From Rhynchobatus australiae (Eukaryota), in the NCBI GenBank assembly GCA_034780895.1, contig JAUZTB010000002.1, forward strand, positions 32,432,569-32,496,568: a stretch of DNA of 64,000 nt, given 5' to 3'. Positions 38,993-52,487 of the stretch are shown in pieces. How positions within the stretch are numbered: position 1 is the first letter of the stretch; each line of letters opens with the position of its first letter. The notes under the pieces are model-generated. The model was not told the origin of the DNA. It made no database searches and saw only the letters and a list, made by a program, of their open reading frames with translations. The position numbers and the translations under genes were made by a program.

Positions 38993-41009
38993 TACAACAT
39001 TCCCATTATCTCTTCATTGATTGTTCATTGGTCAGACCCGGCAAGTCATATTTACCTCCCTCTGTCAATCTGTATTAGTGAAAAAATCATATTTTAAACA
39101 CCTTCCATTATCTCTACATTGAAATCAAGAGTGTGTTTTAATGTTAGCTGTAATGTCTCTGCCCAGACAGAAGCCACGGTCCCTGAGTACTATATTAATA
39201 GCTCAACAGGGGCTAATACGGAAAATTAGACTTAAACGAGCTCTAGAGATCCCTAAATGAAAGCGTCATTTATCACGCTGGCTACTTTAACTCTCCTCGT
39301 TTGCTCTCTCTTCTGGGACCAACTCATTTCCTGTTAAGTAAATTACCTTAAAAAGTGCCAGGCAGCTATTCCCACACAAAATACGGCACAATGACTCTTG
39401 ACCATCTCGTTAACCCCACTTTGGAAACGGAGCCATTCTATATTTTACAATTAAGTATTAGCTGCACCCTGTTCTCGGTTGGCTAGCACTTTATTTAATT
39501 CCAAAACAATGAAGTCACATATATTTTCCTGCAACGAAGTCTCCCTGATTTCAAACACGTGTAATCCGTCGTCACAAAGATTCAAAATGGGAACCATATT
39601 TGTATAACAAATAGTAAATATTAAGTAAACTAATGGGTGCAATTAATTTCCAGTGTGGACCAAAATGCATCTCCGCGTATTAAAGGATCACAATAATGAT
39701 GATGGTGACATTCCATTTCTAATATTGTTTCTCTAACTATTATTACTTTATAACAATATTATTTAATATTGACTAACATTTGCAAAACATTTACCGTTTA
39801 TTTTATAGGGACAGATTAACACCCCAAATAAAATGTTGCATTTTGCCAATATTATCAATAATTACTCTTTTTTTTCAATTAGTTGCTGGGTTATTGCCTA
39901 TTCTATTTTTATCTAAAACTATTTGGTTTAGGTAATCAATACCCATTATGCAATCTGCTATGGGGGTGAACTCTTATTCATTTCCAAATGTTTGAGAGTA
40001 CATGACTGATTTTGGAATCAAATGAACAGTTATTAATACAAAATAGCTATTTGTTTCTTCTTGAAGTCAAAATACAGTAGGATCATTTTCTACTCCACAG
40101 GCACAGTCTTCCTGATAACCAAACATGTTGGATTTCCCATACAAGTAAAAGTTCCCATGAAGCCCCAGAATACCCCATGCAACATTAAAGATGATCACCA
40201 TTAATGTAATGCCACCCACAGAATGGGAATCATACACCCATGCTGAATACGTATAGGTTCTGCTCTTTCCCTTCAAACATACACACACACAAGCAAAAGA
40301 GCTGTTGTGTATATAACTATTAACATGACTGCAACTACAATAGAATGAAAATTTGACTTTTAACAACTAAAAGTTAAAAAAAGTATATTCCAACCATGTT
40401 TAAAATGGATAGCTATGAGAATTAACTGAACAAATATCGGAAAGAGAAACAAACAATTCAGTCATTATAAGTGCTTTATTGTACACGCTGATGCATATGG
40501 ACACATAGTGGCCATAAATAAGCATCTGAACCCTCATATTGTGAGGCAACATGTTCTATAACACTATTGCAACTTTTGCCCATTTCCAACAATAGTTCTA
40601 GCTAAGATGTATTCTCTTCAAGTTGTAAAAATTACGGAGAGTTACAGTTTATACATTATCGCTGTACTTCTATGACATGTCTTGGCTTTTCCAAAAATTT
40701 AATTCACCATCTCTATTGAGCATTNNNNNNNNNNNNNNNNNNNNNNNNNNNNNNNNNNNNNNNNNNNNNNNNNNNNNNNNNNNNNNNNNNNNNNNNNNNN
40801 NNNNNNNNNNNNNNNNNNNNNNNNNNNNNNNNNNNNNNNNNNNNNNNNNNNNNNNNNCACATTATTTGTTCCAAACCTTTAAAGTTATTATAGATTGATG
40901 GTGGTAGAGAGACAAATTTCTATTTTTCAACTATAGGCCTCTCTTGTTCTACCCTCGCAACTAAAACTTAGTGTTTTGTGTCATAATGTGTGACATTACG
41001 CCTGGACTC

Positions 41010-41410
41010 TTGGTGAATCAACAACATAATTTTAAAATTCTCAACCTTATTGTCAATTTCATATTTGTTCAGCACCTTCATGTTCGCTGTAATCTCCTCC
41101 AACCTCATGAAGTTCTGCAATATCAGTATTCTTCCTATTCTGGTCTCTTGATGATCCACAAATCTAATTGCTTCTGGATTTTGTCTGGGCCTTCAGCTGC
41201 CAAAGCCCTTAGTTTTGTGAATCTCTCCCTGCATTTTCAGAATCCTTAACTCTCTACTGTTTTTTTTAAGTCACTCTTTAAAATGTATTCATGAGATAAG
41301 GTTTGATCTTCTGACTTCATACTTCCTGATATATTTGGTGATATTTTGTATAGTTACAATCTTCTGAAGTACTGAGACATTTTGTTACATTGAAGACATC
41401 ATATAGACAC
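41010..41410 (+). mobile_element. L2-type LINE 3' fragment
   Basis: TTTAAAATTCTCA...GCCTTCAGCTGCCAAAGCCCT...TTTAAGTCACTCTTTAAAA, a decayed L2 3' end. Confidence 0.6.
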
Positions 41411-41439
41411 ATGATACGGCTGTTATAGAGCATTATCAA

Positions 41440-42480
41440 CACTGACAATATGGCCCTTCACATTAGAATGGCTTTTGTGAGAATAATCCAAAAACTAATC
41501 ACTCTAAATCCATTTTCCATAGCTACTTATCTTGCTGTGCTTTGACTATTTATCCATTTTCTTCCTTAACATATATAATGGCCACTGTCTCAAAGACTTT
41601 CAAAGACAGAACATTTCATGTTCTATGAATCTTCTGTATAAAAATATTTACCATAAGATCTCCTCTCAGAGCCTTACTGACCATTTCTACTGATGAATTC
41701 TTATTAACGGTCCCCTACCAGAAGAATCCATCTTTCCTATTCACTCAATAAATTCATTCAAATATTTTTTTTCCATTTTTCCCTAATCCAGTGAAAATAA
41801 GTCAGCTTGAGAAAGTCTCGAGAGGCCCGATTGCCGACTGCAACTTTGAAAGAATATCACTGGAATGAAGAAGTGGTGTAGATGTACATTTGCATTGTTT
41901 TGTAAGACTTTTGCTGAGCTTCTAATGAACCACTGAAAAAAGATGAACCACTGGAAAAAGATTACCCCATGTCCCGTCCCAATTCTCCAATATTTTGATT
42001 CCCTGGATGAAAGTAGTTTCCCATCCCAAACATAAATATGAGGAAACCAGTATAAACACTTTTTATATTTTTTGTGTCATTTCTACAGTGGAAAGGGGAA
42101 ACTACACATTGTATTCTACTGTGACGAAATAAATGTTTTCACAAATTTATCATTGCTTCTTCATTCTGCATCATATGCCCTTTTTGATAAAGCATAACAT
42201 TATATTGAGGTTCTTCTGGTTTATATATCTATACTGGCAGTAACAGAGGATCATGTATGAGGAATCTTAAACTGTTTTCTCTTCTTTTAACTAACTGCAT
42301 GCATTTGTTTCTTGTTTGTCCTCTCATTATGTAGTACTTCATATGTATTTATTTTAAATTTCTTCTGACATCTGTCTGCCATTCTGTTCAACATCTGTCT
42401 GCTTTTCTTTTCAACTATCTTTGTTTCCTCTGCCAAATCTCCCACTTACATGTTGTCAGCAACCTCTGAATTGAACAGTG
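41440..42480 (-). mobile_element. Highly decayed CR1-like LINE
   Basis: Antisense CR1-like order of blocks ending TTGTCAGCAACCTC (FADD-like); CpG-poor. Confidence 0.4.
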
Positions 42481-42999
42481 GGTCTTACCCTATTTTACTG
42501 GTGAAAGTAAATGCATTTGAAGGCAAGTTATGAGATTAATCTTCAGCTCATCTCACAGCCATCCAACCAGATGATGGGTGAGTACCACTTTTAGGCATTA
42601 AGGGTACTTGCCAAAAACAGATCACTAGTAATTTGCATTTGCTCACCTTGAGCACCTTTTTCAGAGGCTCCCTGGATAATTTGGCTTCCCTAGGCAGATC
42701 AGCTGTAATCCCTGTTTTGTTAAATCTCTACTGGCATAGACAAAGCCTAGCAGGTGAAGCTAAATAAGTTTTTCTTCAAGTTTGAAAAAAGACTGGGAGT
42801 CTGGGGTGTGGACATACTGAGAGAGACTGAAGTATCAAAGAATAGGGTGCACCTAGAGATGATGCTGGCTTGTCTTTGGCTGTCCAGCAGAAACAAAAAA
42901 GCCTCTACTGATGAGATAGTGGGACTGAATTTGCCTAATGTCAAGAACACACACAAACTGCCCAAGGAGGTGTGACCTGAATGACATAAAGAGAGAAAT

Positions 43000-45900
43000 A
43001 ATCAAGAGTATTTAAATGGAGAGTATCAGGGACCAGGAAATAAATTAAAGAAAAGAACGTCAAAGATCGCAGTTTCAACAAGGATTGCAGGAATGGATTG
43101 GGACCAGTATTGGGACTAGAAGGACCAGTCCGGGGAGGGTACCAGTAGGCACAGAGTCCTTGCGGAAAAGATAACTATGATGGTCAAGAGGACAAAACCT
43201 GTAAATGGGTGGCAGGGGGTGAGAAAGTATAGATGGAAGTATTGGAAATAATAATAGTTCTAAAACAAACAAAAAAAAAGTATGATGCTTATCAGAAATT
43301 ATAATTTAATCATTAATAAAAGTTAAAGGAAAATCTAAATGTCATAAAATAAGTAAACCAGGAGAAATAAAAAAAAACTGAGCAAAGTATTAGATCGGGA
43401 GGATAAGTCAAGGATTGTGGTCCAAGGAAGTGCTTGTTATACCAACATTTGGAATATTAGCATTGTCCTGAATGAATTAGAGTGCAAATTTAATTCAGAG
43501 TCCATGACAACCCGGTTAATACTGAGATATAGGTGCAAAATGGTAAGGACTAGGGACTGATTATATCAGAATTTGAAGTTTATGGGGGAGTTAGAGAAAA
43601 TGTTGGTGGGAGAGATTTAGACTTTAAAGGAAATGGAAATGTTATGGGTAGAATTAAAGGAAGTGAAAAGAGTGAGCTGTGTCTCGACACCCTGTCAGCA
43701 GACGCAAAGTTTAGAATGCGGGGAATAGGCAGACATGTAGCAAAATCAAAGTGGTTTTAATGGGTGATTTTTATTTCCATCGAGATTGAGATCAGCAAAT
43801 TCCAACTAAATTAGCTAACTACAATGTAATAACATTATATAAAAAATATAGACTGAGAATAGATGAAAAATGTTGTGCGTCTGGGATTACAGTATGTGGA
43901 GATGGGCAAGACCATCAGTGGGAATATGCTGGAGTAGGCAGGTCTGTTATAAATTTTGTTGCTCATATCAGAAATTTACTGACTTTTTCAAAGGATTCAT
44001 AGACATTTTCAATAACAGAGTGTCCAAAGATGAACTTTGGAAATAAATTGTAAAGGGTATCAAAATTAATACATATTTTTTGCAATTATATTAGGGAAAA
44101 TTGGTAGACAGGATCAAATTGGGCCACTTGAAAATGAGTAACATTGATATTGTTGAAAACTTGGAAATCATTGGCATTGAATAGTTATTTTGTGTGAGCA
44201 TTTATAATAGAAACAGAGGATAAAATTCCTGACATTCTATGGAAACTGATACTAATGCAAAAGCAAGATACTTCAGATGTTATAAATGTGGAATAGAAAC
44301 AGAAAACATTGGAAATATTCCACAGGACAGGCAGCATCTGTGGAGAGAATCTTATGAACAGAGTTCAGATTTCCATAGTTTTTTTAACACTTAACATCTC
44401 AGGTTCTGATAAAAGGTCATTGACCTGAAGAAATAATTTTGTTTCTCTCTCCGGTGCCTGCCCTGCTTTACAGCATTGTTTGTTTTCGTTAAAGTAATTT
44501 TAAACCAGGGATGGACTTGCCAAAATTATTTTAACTAAAGTAAGAATAGTGAATAAAATAATGACACCAAAAAGAGGTCTCGATGTTTTCCATCCCAGGG
44601 ATTCAAAAGGACTAGTTGATTATATTGAGGATGCTGTGGCTATAATCTTCCACAGTTTTCATGATCTGGCATCTTTCCTATGCATTGGAAAAATTTGAAT
44701 CCCACTTATTATTAAAGATGATGGAGAGAGAACAGGGAATTATGGATCAGTTAAAAAAATTCTTTTGTTAAATCCATAATTAAGGATGAAGTGAATGAAC
44801 ACCTTGAAAATTTTAAGCCAGCCTGAATTTGTAGATGATAGGTCATGCCTGATGAATCTGATTCAAATTTTAAAATGGCAACTAAAATAGTGGCGAAGGG
44901 AGTTCCAACAAATCTTATTTATGTTTGTTTCCAGAAGGCATTTGATAAAGTACCTAAAAACAGACTGTCAACCAAAGATGAAACACTTGAAATCGATGCA
45001 AATGTTTGACCTCGCCCAGAAATTGCCTGTGGTCTAGGAGGCAGAGAGGTGTGATAGCAGGAGAGGTTTCTAATTTGCAGTATGTAACTAGTACTGTTAT
45101 TTGGGCTCTACATTGGGGCCTCAAGGACAGATTGTATTTATGAACAACATAGCTGATAAGATTGAAGGCCATATATCCAAGCTGTCCAATGACATAAAGA
45201 TGTTAGCATTGTGAATGGTGAATATGAAAGCATTAGGTGAAAGGATAAAATTTTGGCAAATGCATTTCAAGTTAAACAAATGTGAAGTCATCCACTTTGG
45301 ACCTAAAAAAAGGTGTAACGGTCTCTTATAAATAGTGAAAATCTAAAAATAATAGGATGCCCAAAGGCACTTGGATCCATATATATTGATAAAAAGACAA
45401 ATGCAATCCTGATCTTTACATCAAGAAGCCTGTAGAATACAAAGGCTGGGTATACAAAGGGGTAGGCTGTGACTGTACAAAGCTTTGGCTAGAGAACACC
45501 TAAAGAATTATTAACAGCTCTGTGCACCATGCATAAAGAAAAGTATATTAGCTTTAGAGAGAATGCAGCATAGATTTACAAGTTATACCTGAACTCCAAG
45601 GTTATAATTATAAAGAAAGCTTAGAAAATCTAGGTTTGCATTCTCTGGAATGTAGAAATTTAAGAAGTGATCTGATCAGTTTCAAGTTGTNNNNNNNNNN
45701 AGTGCTTAGAGCAAAACTCACTCCACAACCTGGCTAGTCTCAGGCTAGGAAACATTTTCTAAAAATTATAGCCAGCTCTCATCGGAGTGAAGTTAGGAAG
45801 TACCTCTGCATGCAGAAGGTGGTAAAATGTTACAATTCTCTTCTGTAAATAAAATAGATGATGGGTCTTCTGTTAATTACAAATCTAAAATGGATAGATT

Positions 45901-46015
45901 TATGTTAACTAAAGGTGATAAGTAATATGGGCAAAGGCAATTCTGTCATCATTCATCCATACTCTCATTGAATACTGAAAAGGACTTGAGATGCTAAATG
46001 ATCTATTCTTTTTCC
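43000..46015 (+). mobile_element. Decayed CR1-type LINE ORF2 in intron 3
   Basis: ATGGGTGATTTT (GDF), TTCCAGAAGGCATTTGATAAAGTACCT (FQKAFDKVP), AAATGTGAAGTCATCCACTTTGG, with many stops. Confidence 0.8.
44285..44490. mobile_element. Penelope-type inverted terminal remnant nested in CR1
   Basis: GGCAGCATCTGTGGAGAGA then CTGATAAAAGGTCATTGACCTGAA...TTTCTCTCTCC. Confidence 0.6.
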
Positions 46016-46186
46016 TCAGTCATGGGTCCTCTGCAGTACACCAGTTTCAACTTGGATCTAGTATTTTCCTACCTCTTTTGTCTCCTGTTAATCTACCTAT
46101 CTTTCCATCTTCTGTTATACCACTGTTTTTTTTTCCATTCAATGAGTCTCTTCTATGAAAATGGAATGCCTTCCAGAAGTCCAGAC

Positions 46187-46592
46187 CTGCAGAGGAGATT
46201 TACCAGGATGTTGTCTGAAATGGAGAGTTTCAGTTATGACGAGAGACTGGAGAGGCTAGGTCTGTTTCCCCTGGAGTAGAGAAGGTTAAGCAGGGGATAT
46301 GATTGAGATTTATACAGTGGGGGAGGCTGTAGGAAACTTTTCCACATGTCAGAGATAAATGAGGGCATACATTCAGGGTGGGGGATAAATGATTTAAAAG
46401 GGATCTGAGGGAAAAGGAATTTTGATACCTGGACTACATTGGAGTGCCTAGAGGAGCATTTGAATAACCTAGGCATAGAAGGCTGTGGGCCAAGTACTAG
46501 AAGATGGGATAATACTGATAATCCCCACCAGTCGGTGTGGATGTGAATGGCCTGCTTTCATGCTATGTGATTCTATGGCTCTGTGATTCTAT
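46187..46592 (+). mobile_element. CR1/HER1-type LINE 3' end
   Basis: QRRFTRMLSEMESFSYDERLERLGLFPLE; tail GAATGGCCTG...GATTCTATG. Confidence 0.88.
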
Positions 46593-47273
46593 TTGCTTTA
46601 TCTATCCAGCCTCCTTCAAGATAATTGTCAAGCACAACTTGCCTTCCACAAGTTGGGGCTAATTGTCTCTCATTGGCCCCAACTGACTAATTTCATCTCA
46701 CTGATTTGTTCTTAGAACAGAACTTCCAACTATTGTAGTGAAAGGCATAAGATAGGTGGTGATGTTGCAACCACCCAATATATACCCTGCCTAATGGGTA
46801 GGGTTTATAACAGCCAGTTGTTCTGCTGCTCAATCCAATGATGTAATTTAGACATTGTTTTGAAAGTTCATGGCCAAATTCATAGCTGCATGCCATCTGT
46901 TCCCAGAGGTTAATAACTTTGAGTTTGTTTCATATTCTAAGAGCATTCCCCTCTTTATCAATTTCTCTATATCTGCTTCCAATACAGCATGACCTCTACT
47001 ATTTGTAGAGAATGATTCAAAATATTCTTTACTATTTCTAATCTGCCTTTATTTTCCCGGGTGGACTTCAAAGTGCTATATTTTTCAAGAACATTAAAAA
47101 TAATTTACTATTTATATTTATGCCATTTCTGAGCATTTCAACATTGTTTTCATCTTCCCTAATTGTCATGTCACTTCGTCCCACTCTACTTTCTATATCT
47201 ATTACCATTGTCAGCTCTCACTCTTGAGGTTCAAATTAAGGCTTTCAGGGTTTGTATGAGGACGTGGAATCTT

Positions 47274-47274
<1 letters not shown>

Positions 47275-47304
<30 letters not shown>
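47275..47304. repeat. (CT)n microsatellite
   Basis: Direct reading. Confidence 0.95.
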
Positions 47305-47307
<3 letters not shown>

Positions 47308-47847
47308 CACCCTTTAATTATTTGATCGTGTTCTAANNNNNNNNNNNNNNNNNNNNNNNNNNNNNNNNNNNNNNNNNNTTAAAAGAACAACTGCAATCAG
47401 TATCCTTGCCGCTGTTACAAATCATGCAGACCCGTTCCCTAATTCTGGGTTTCGATGGAGACATAGCAATATCGAATTTACTGCGAGGATTCCAGTTACT
47501 CGCGTTCCCTATCCGAGCGGCTTCACAGAACTTTTACCTTATCTGCCTAACTAAAACCGGACCTGGTACATTTTAGGATAGCCCCAGCAAGCAGAGGATT
47601 TAACTCGTTCTTGTTGATCGGAAGGTGCACATTTCTGCCCAGATTATTTCCGGAAGTGTTAATAACATGGTTAAGCAGAACCTGGGTAAGACTAACTGGA
47701 GACACCATAGGGAAACTATGTTTACCCAAATACCTATCATCTTAATGTCATCCAAGCTTGAAATGTAAACTATTGCATACTATATCGTGTGCAAATCTTG
47801 AATTTCAAGCAATCAATATATTTATCTTTTTGTCTCCTTGTCTTTGC

Positions 47848-47982
47848 AGGATTACAAGGTTACGGAAACTGAGATTCGTCTAGGCAGCTTTTTTTATTAC
47901 AGGCACAGACACGATGGGCCGAGTGGATTCCTCCTGCGTCCTAGATTTCTGTGTTTCTACCCTAGAATTTCTGCGACTCTAT
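47848..47982 (+). mobile_element. Short CR1 3' tail fragment
   Basis: GCACAGACACGATGGGCCGAGTGG...TTTCTGTGTTTCTA. Confidence 0.65.
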
Positions 47983-49362
47983 CGTGTGAATGTATCTTTA
48001 CCTCTAGGTACCGGTGAAGCTATTTTTACCTCAAATATGTTGCTTTGCCAATGTTTGGTTAACACTTACTATTAAATCCGAATGGGGAAGGCACTGATGA
48101 CCTGCAGAAGCAGAAGAAAGAAAGTGCCCATCTAAATATTTACTCACCTAGAGAACAACTTACCTCTTAATGCGCGGAAGATCGAAATGATCTGAAACTA
48201 GATTGTGAAATAACGCCATTTCAGCGTATTTCATCGTCATGCCAGGGGACTTTTGGAAGTCGTCACAAAATGGGTTATGCCTTCCCAACATTTAGAACAT
48301 TTTCACGAATACTCTTTTATCCAGGAGGTAGATTTTAAAGTGTAATGTTTGCGAAAATTGCACTGCAGTGAACTTTACTGCATGTTGCAATGACTTTGTT
48401 CACTCCACGCTATAATAACCTGGCGGCCTTTATCTCCCAGCGAGCTCATCTTCCTCCCAATGTTTAAAAGCAACTTCATCGGCGAATGAAGGGGATTTGC
48501 CCTTGTTGTAATTTTGTTTTAAAAAGCGATTTGTGGTTAAGGACATTGTTTTTAAAGAAAACGGTTACAAAACGTGTCAAGGGGGGAAATTATTTGACTG
48601 GTAATGACCTGTACTTCTAAAGAAAGTTAATGGTACAAGGAAAGATAACTCTGGAAGAACTTAGTAGCAGTAATAACTCGCAGCTGTCGTTGTGTCGTTA
48701 CTTATCTGCATCAGTTATGTTGAGATACNNNNNNNNNNNNNNNNNNNNNNNNNNNNNNNNNNNNNNNNNNNNNNNNNNNNNNNNNNNNNNNNNNNNNNNN
48801 NNNNNNNNNNNNNNNNNNNNNNNNNNNNCAGTTATGTTGAGATACAGATCGCCATTTCTTTTTTGAAAAATTAGAGTCAGACTTCAGGCTGGAAGAGACG
48901 CATTAGATAAATCTTTTTTTAAAAATCTATTTTGGAGTCTGGCTATTGTAATCAAAGCTGTTCGAAAAGTATTCTTGCTATAAAGGGAATGAATTTACTT
49001 TTTTCCCTATTGAAATGGTGATTCTAAACTCTGCCACCGAAGCGTTTATCTTAGAATTATCAGCCAGTTTTAATCCAAAATCACTAAATTGCTTTCAAAA
49101 ACATATTTTTAGTTTTAAGTGGGAAGAGGTTGCAGAATCAGTGGTCAGTCACGATTTTAAAATTTGGCATCTTCTTTGAACACTTGCAATAAGTGCTTGC
49201 CCGAATATCGCCCGCAAAAATGCGTTCAATCGCAACAAATTCCAGCTAAGCGGAAATTGCAGTTTTGAAAAGAGTACACGCAGCCGGAGCGGATATGGTG
49301 TCTCTTTATATTCACCTGGTGACGTGACAACTGAGAACATGCAGTTTCTGTCCCTCGTGGCT

Positions 49363-49404
49363 GTGTGTGTGTGTGCGTGTGTGTGTGTGTGTCTGTGTGT
49401 GTGT
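49363..49404. repeat. Imperfect (TG)n microsatellite
   Basis: Direct reading. Confidence 0.9.
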
Positions 49405-51120
49405 TTAACCTGCTGACGGAGATTGGAGCAGGCTGATCGGTCAGACGTGGAAAAAATAGAAAGTTGGCCTGTATATGGTTCACAGAGCTTGCATTGAGAT
49501 AGCAAGGTGCAGAGAATGTCAGAACAATCACAACACATTAGCACAGGTTACCACACACAGACCCCGAGACAAAAATCAAAACGGGAGGGGCGAGCAGACG
49601 GAAGCACGACTCTGTTGGTAACATAGTGCAGAAAATCAGCCTGGCGTAACTCAGGCGATTCAAACACAAGTATGGGAAACAAATTAGGACAGAACTTAAA
49701 CTCCGGCGTGAATGCAACCAACAAAAAACTATGCCCCAGTAACCTCATACACAGAAAAAAACCCGCCGGCAGAGAAAAAAAAATACAATACTGAGATCAT
49801 GATACCATCAAAGAAGGCATAGCAAGCCACTCATAGACAGAACTTTGACAGCAGAATGAAACAAAGCAGAGAGCCATTATACCGTGCCCAGTTTCTCCTC
49901 AAATACAACCAGCATAGCATAAAACAACGAACAGCCCCAATTAAAAGCTACTTCGAGACAAGATGATGTTTTCGAGCCAAATGGGAACATCATTCTTTTG
50001 GTTACAATACTGTGAAAAGTTGTAGCAGCAAAGTCATCGGCAGTGTTATCGTGTCAGGGTTAGACACAGGACCATATGAAGTTCTTCCCATAAAAAAGAC
50101 CAATGGTACTACATGAAATAAAGTGGCAAATACAATTTTTAAGCATCAGCTTTCAATTTTATCACCAATGAATGAAAGGAGTATTTTTGGATGTCCAGCC
50201 AATATCATGTTTCATTCAATTTTAATTCAAAACCTGCATGTATTTTTTCGATTCATCTGAGAAGATTTGTTATAGCCACCAGGATTTTCACCAAATCTTT
50301 ATTTCAGAGTTCAAACAAAAAAATCAGCAACTGATAATTACTGATGGAAACTAAGATAAGCTTGACCAATGAATGTCCACCCGCCGTCCCCCTGGCTACC
50401 AATTCCTCTAATTTGCAATGCTCTTCTTCTTTCCATCCAACCTTCCATCGATCCAACTGTCCAGCCGCCAATTCATCCATCAGCCAATCTATCCTTTTGT
50501 TTGTATATTTCACTCCTGAACTGAGGTTCATTTGTAATTTGAAACTTTTATTGGGAATAATTTCAACACAAATATTTCAAGTCGCTGTTTCATCTTTGTA
50601 AACGAACTATAAAATTCCTAACCAAAGTGTATTATTATATCCACAAACTGCTAAGTGCTGGTTCACCAGGAAATGTTTCTCAAACGTTTAGAGAAGTCTC
50701 ATCGGCTACCGTATCGTAATTCCTTCTGTGCAAGGGCTAGACACAAGCACGTCAGTGCTTTGTGCTCTATTACCCTAAAGCAAGAATCTACAATTTATGG
50801 TTGTGCTACCCCGCCCTCCGTTCCCCAGACATAGAAAAAAATACTTGAACTGATATTACATGTACCAAATAAAGAAAGTCGGCATTTTGTTGCCAGACCA
50901 AGGTGCAGGTGTTTTCTTTCAATGAACATAGGTACAATTAGCCAACCCAAAAAAAATGGTATTGCTCCGATGTTTCTGAGATCAATGAATTTAATAGACA
51001 ATGTCGCTTATCAGGTTAAACACATATAGCAAAGAAGGTTCATTTTACATAGTTAGTGGAATACAAAATATTGACCAAGCAACTTAACCATGCATTTTAA
51101 TTCGTTTTTATATGCCATAC

Positions 51121-51181
51121 CCTTTTTAATGACGGATTGGTCCAATAAACTCATGCCAGTGGTACCCGTGTCATCCAAAGC
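51121..51181 (-). CDS. TFAP2B: TFAP2B exon 3 (ALDDTGTTGMSLLDQSVIKK+G)
   Basis: TTAACAG|GCT acceptor and AAG G|GTATGG donor; 61 nt; LLDQSVIKK is conserved in the AP-2 family. Too short for the ORF track. Confidence 0.93.
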
Positions 51182-51910
51182 CTGTTAATATATAAAAAAG
51201 GTCATATCACTATTCAAATTGACTTGATATTAAACAGTCATGTATATAAATCAAGCTCAACCGAAATCGACTATCTGTTATTTCCATTTATATTACCTGT
51301 TTGAGGGTTTATTATTCTAAGAAGAAATTACCAGAGGAAATCAAATTCGCCAAAATTACATATTATCAGAAAATAAGCTGCCTAACATCTGGGACCCAAG
51401 CGCTTTTGTGTTATCGCGGAGAACACACAGAACAAACGCATGAACAAAAGCATATATTTGTTTAAAATGTATAGTTATGTAATCGAATTTAACATTTTTT
51501 TCCTGGTGGCACATTTATCCAGTTATATGTAATTGCGTAAATATGTATGCAATAACACATATATATTTCACGCATTATACAATAATGCATATGTTTATGA
51601 TACATGCTCACTATAATAGCGCATGATATATATGTGAGTATCTCCGTTTATATAATTATGTAATAGTATCATTAATAAACACACTGTCATTTTTCCAACG
51701 CAAATGNNNNNNNNNNNNNNNNNNNNNNNNNNNNNNNNNNNNNNNNNNNNNNNNNNNNNNNNNNNNNNNNNNNNNNNNNNNNNNNNNNNNNNNNNNNNNN
51801 NNNNNNCTTCCAATGTTAGCTAATTTTTCTAAGTGTTGGCATGGGATTTTGGTAATCTTCACTGTGAAATTGGAACTATTAGGAAACAATGCAGAGAAAA
51901 TAATGAAGAT

Positions 51911-52042
51911 GGAGACACAGGAGATTGCAGATGCTGGAATCTGGAGCAAAAATCAAACAGCTGGAGGAAATCAGTGGGTCAAGCAGCATCTGTGGGGGCA
52001 GAGGTATGGCTAACATTTCTGGACGAGACCCTGCATCAGGAC
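51911..52042 (-). mobile_element. Penelope-type terminal repeat
   Basis: Reverse complement of the 1312-1503 family: GCAGATGCTGGAATCTGGAGC...GCAGCATCTGTGG...GACCCTGCATCAGGACT. Confidence 0.7.
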
Positions 52043-52049
52043 TCAAATA

Positions 52050-52487
52050 ATCACATTTGATTTCCAGAATAGTAGGAAAGTCAACGTGCAGGTACCAAAA
52101 GCAGTCAGGAGGACAAATGGTATGTTGACTTTAATTGCAAGAGGATTTAAGTACAACAGTAGAGGTCATATTACAATTATATGGGCCCTTGGCGAGATCA
52201 CATTAAGTTTTGATCTTGCCTTATTTGCCTTAGAAGGGAGTGCAGCAAAAGTTCACCAGGCTGGTGGGTTTAAGTAGACTGTGCCTGGATTCTCTAGAGC
52301 TGAGAAGAAGGAAAGGTGATATCGATGAAATTAACACATTTCCTGTAGGGCTCAATAGGTTGGATGCATGATTCCCCCGGATGAGAACCGAGAAGCAGGG
52401 GTCACAGTATCAGAATGAGGGATTAGGCCATTTAGGACTGAGAAGAGGAGAAATGTCTTCATTTAGAGTGTGGTGAATCTTTGGAGG
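52050..52487 (+). mobile_element. CR1-type LINE fragment
   Basis: QVPKAVRRTNGMLTLIARGFKYNSR; GTGGTGAATCTTTGGA. Confidence 0.8.

Noticed and set aside
41925-41962. 18-bp tandem duplication ATGAACCACTG(A/G)AAAAAG
   Set aside because: Local slippage inside a decayed TE region.
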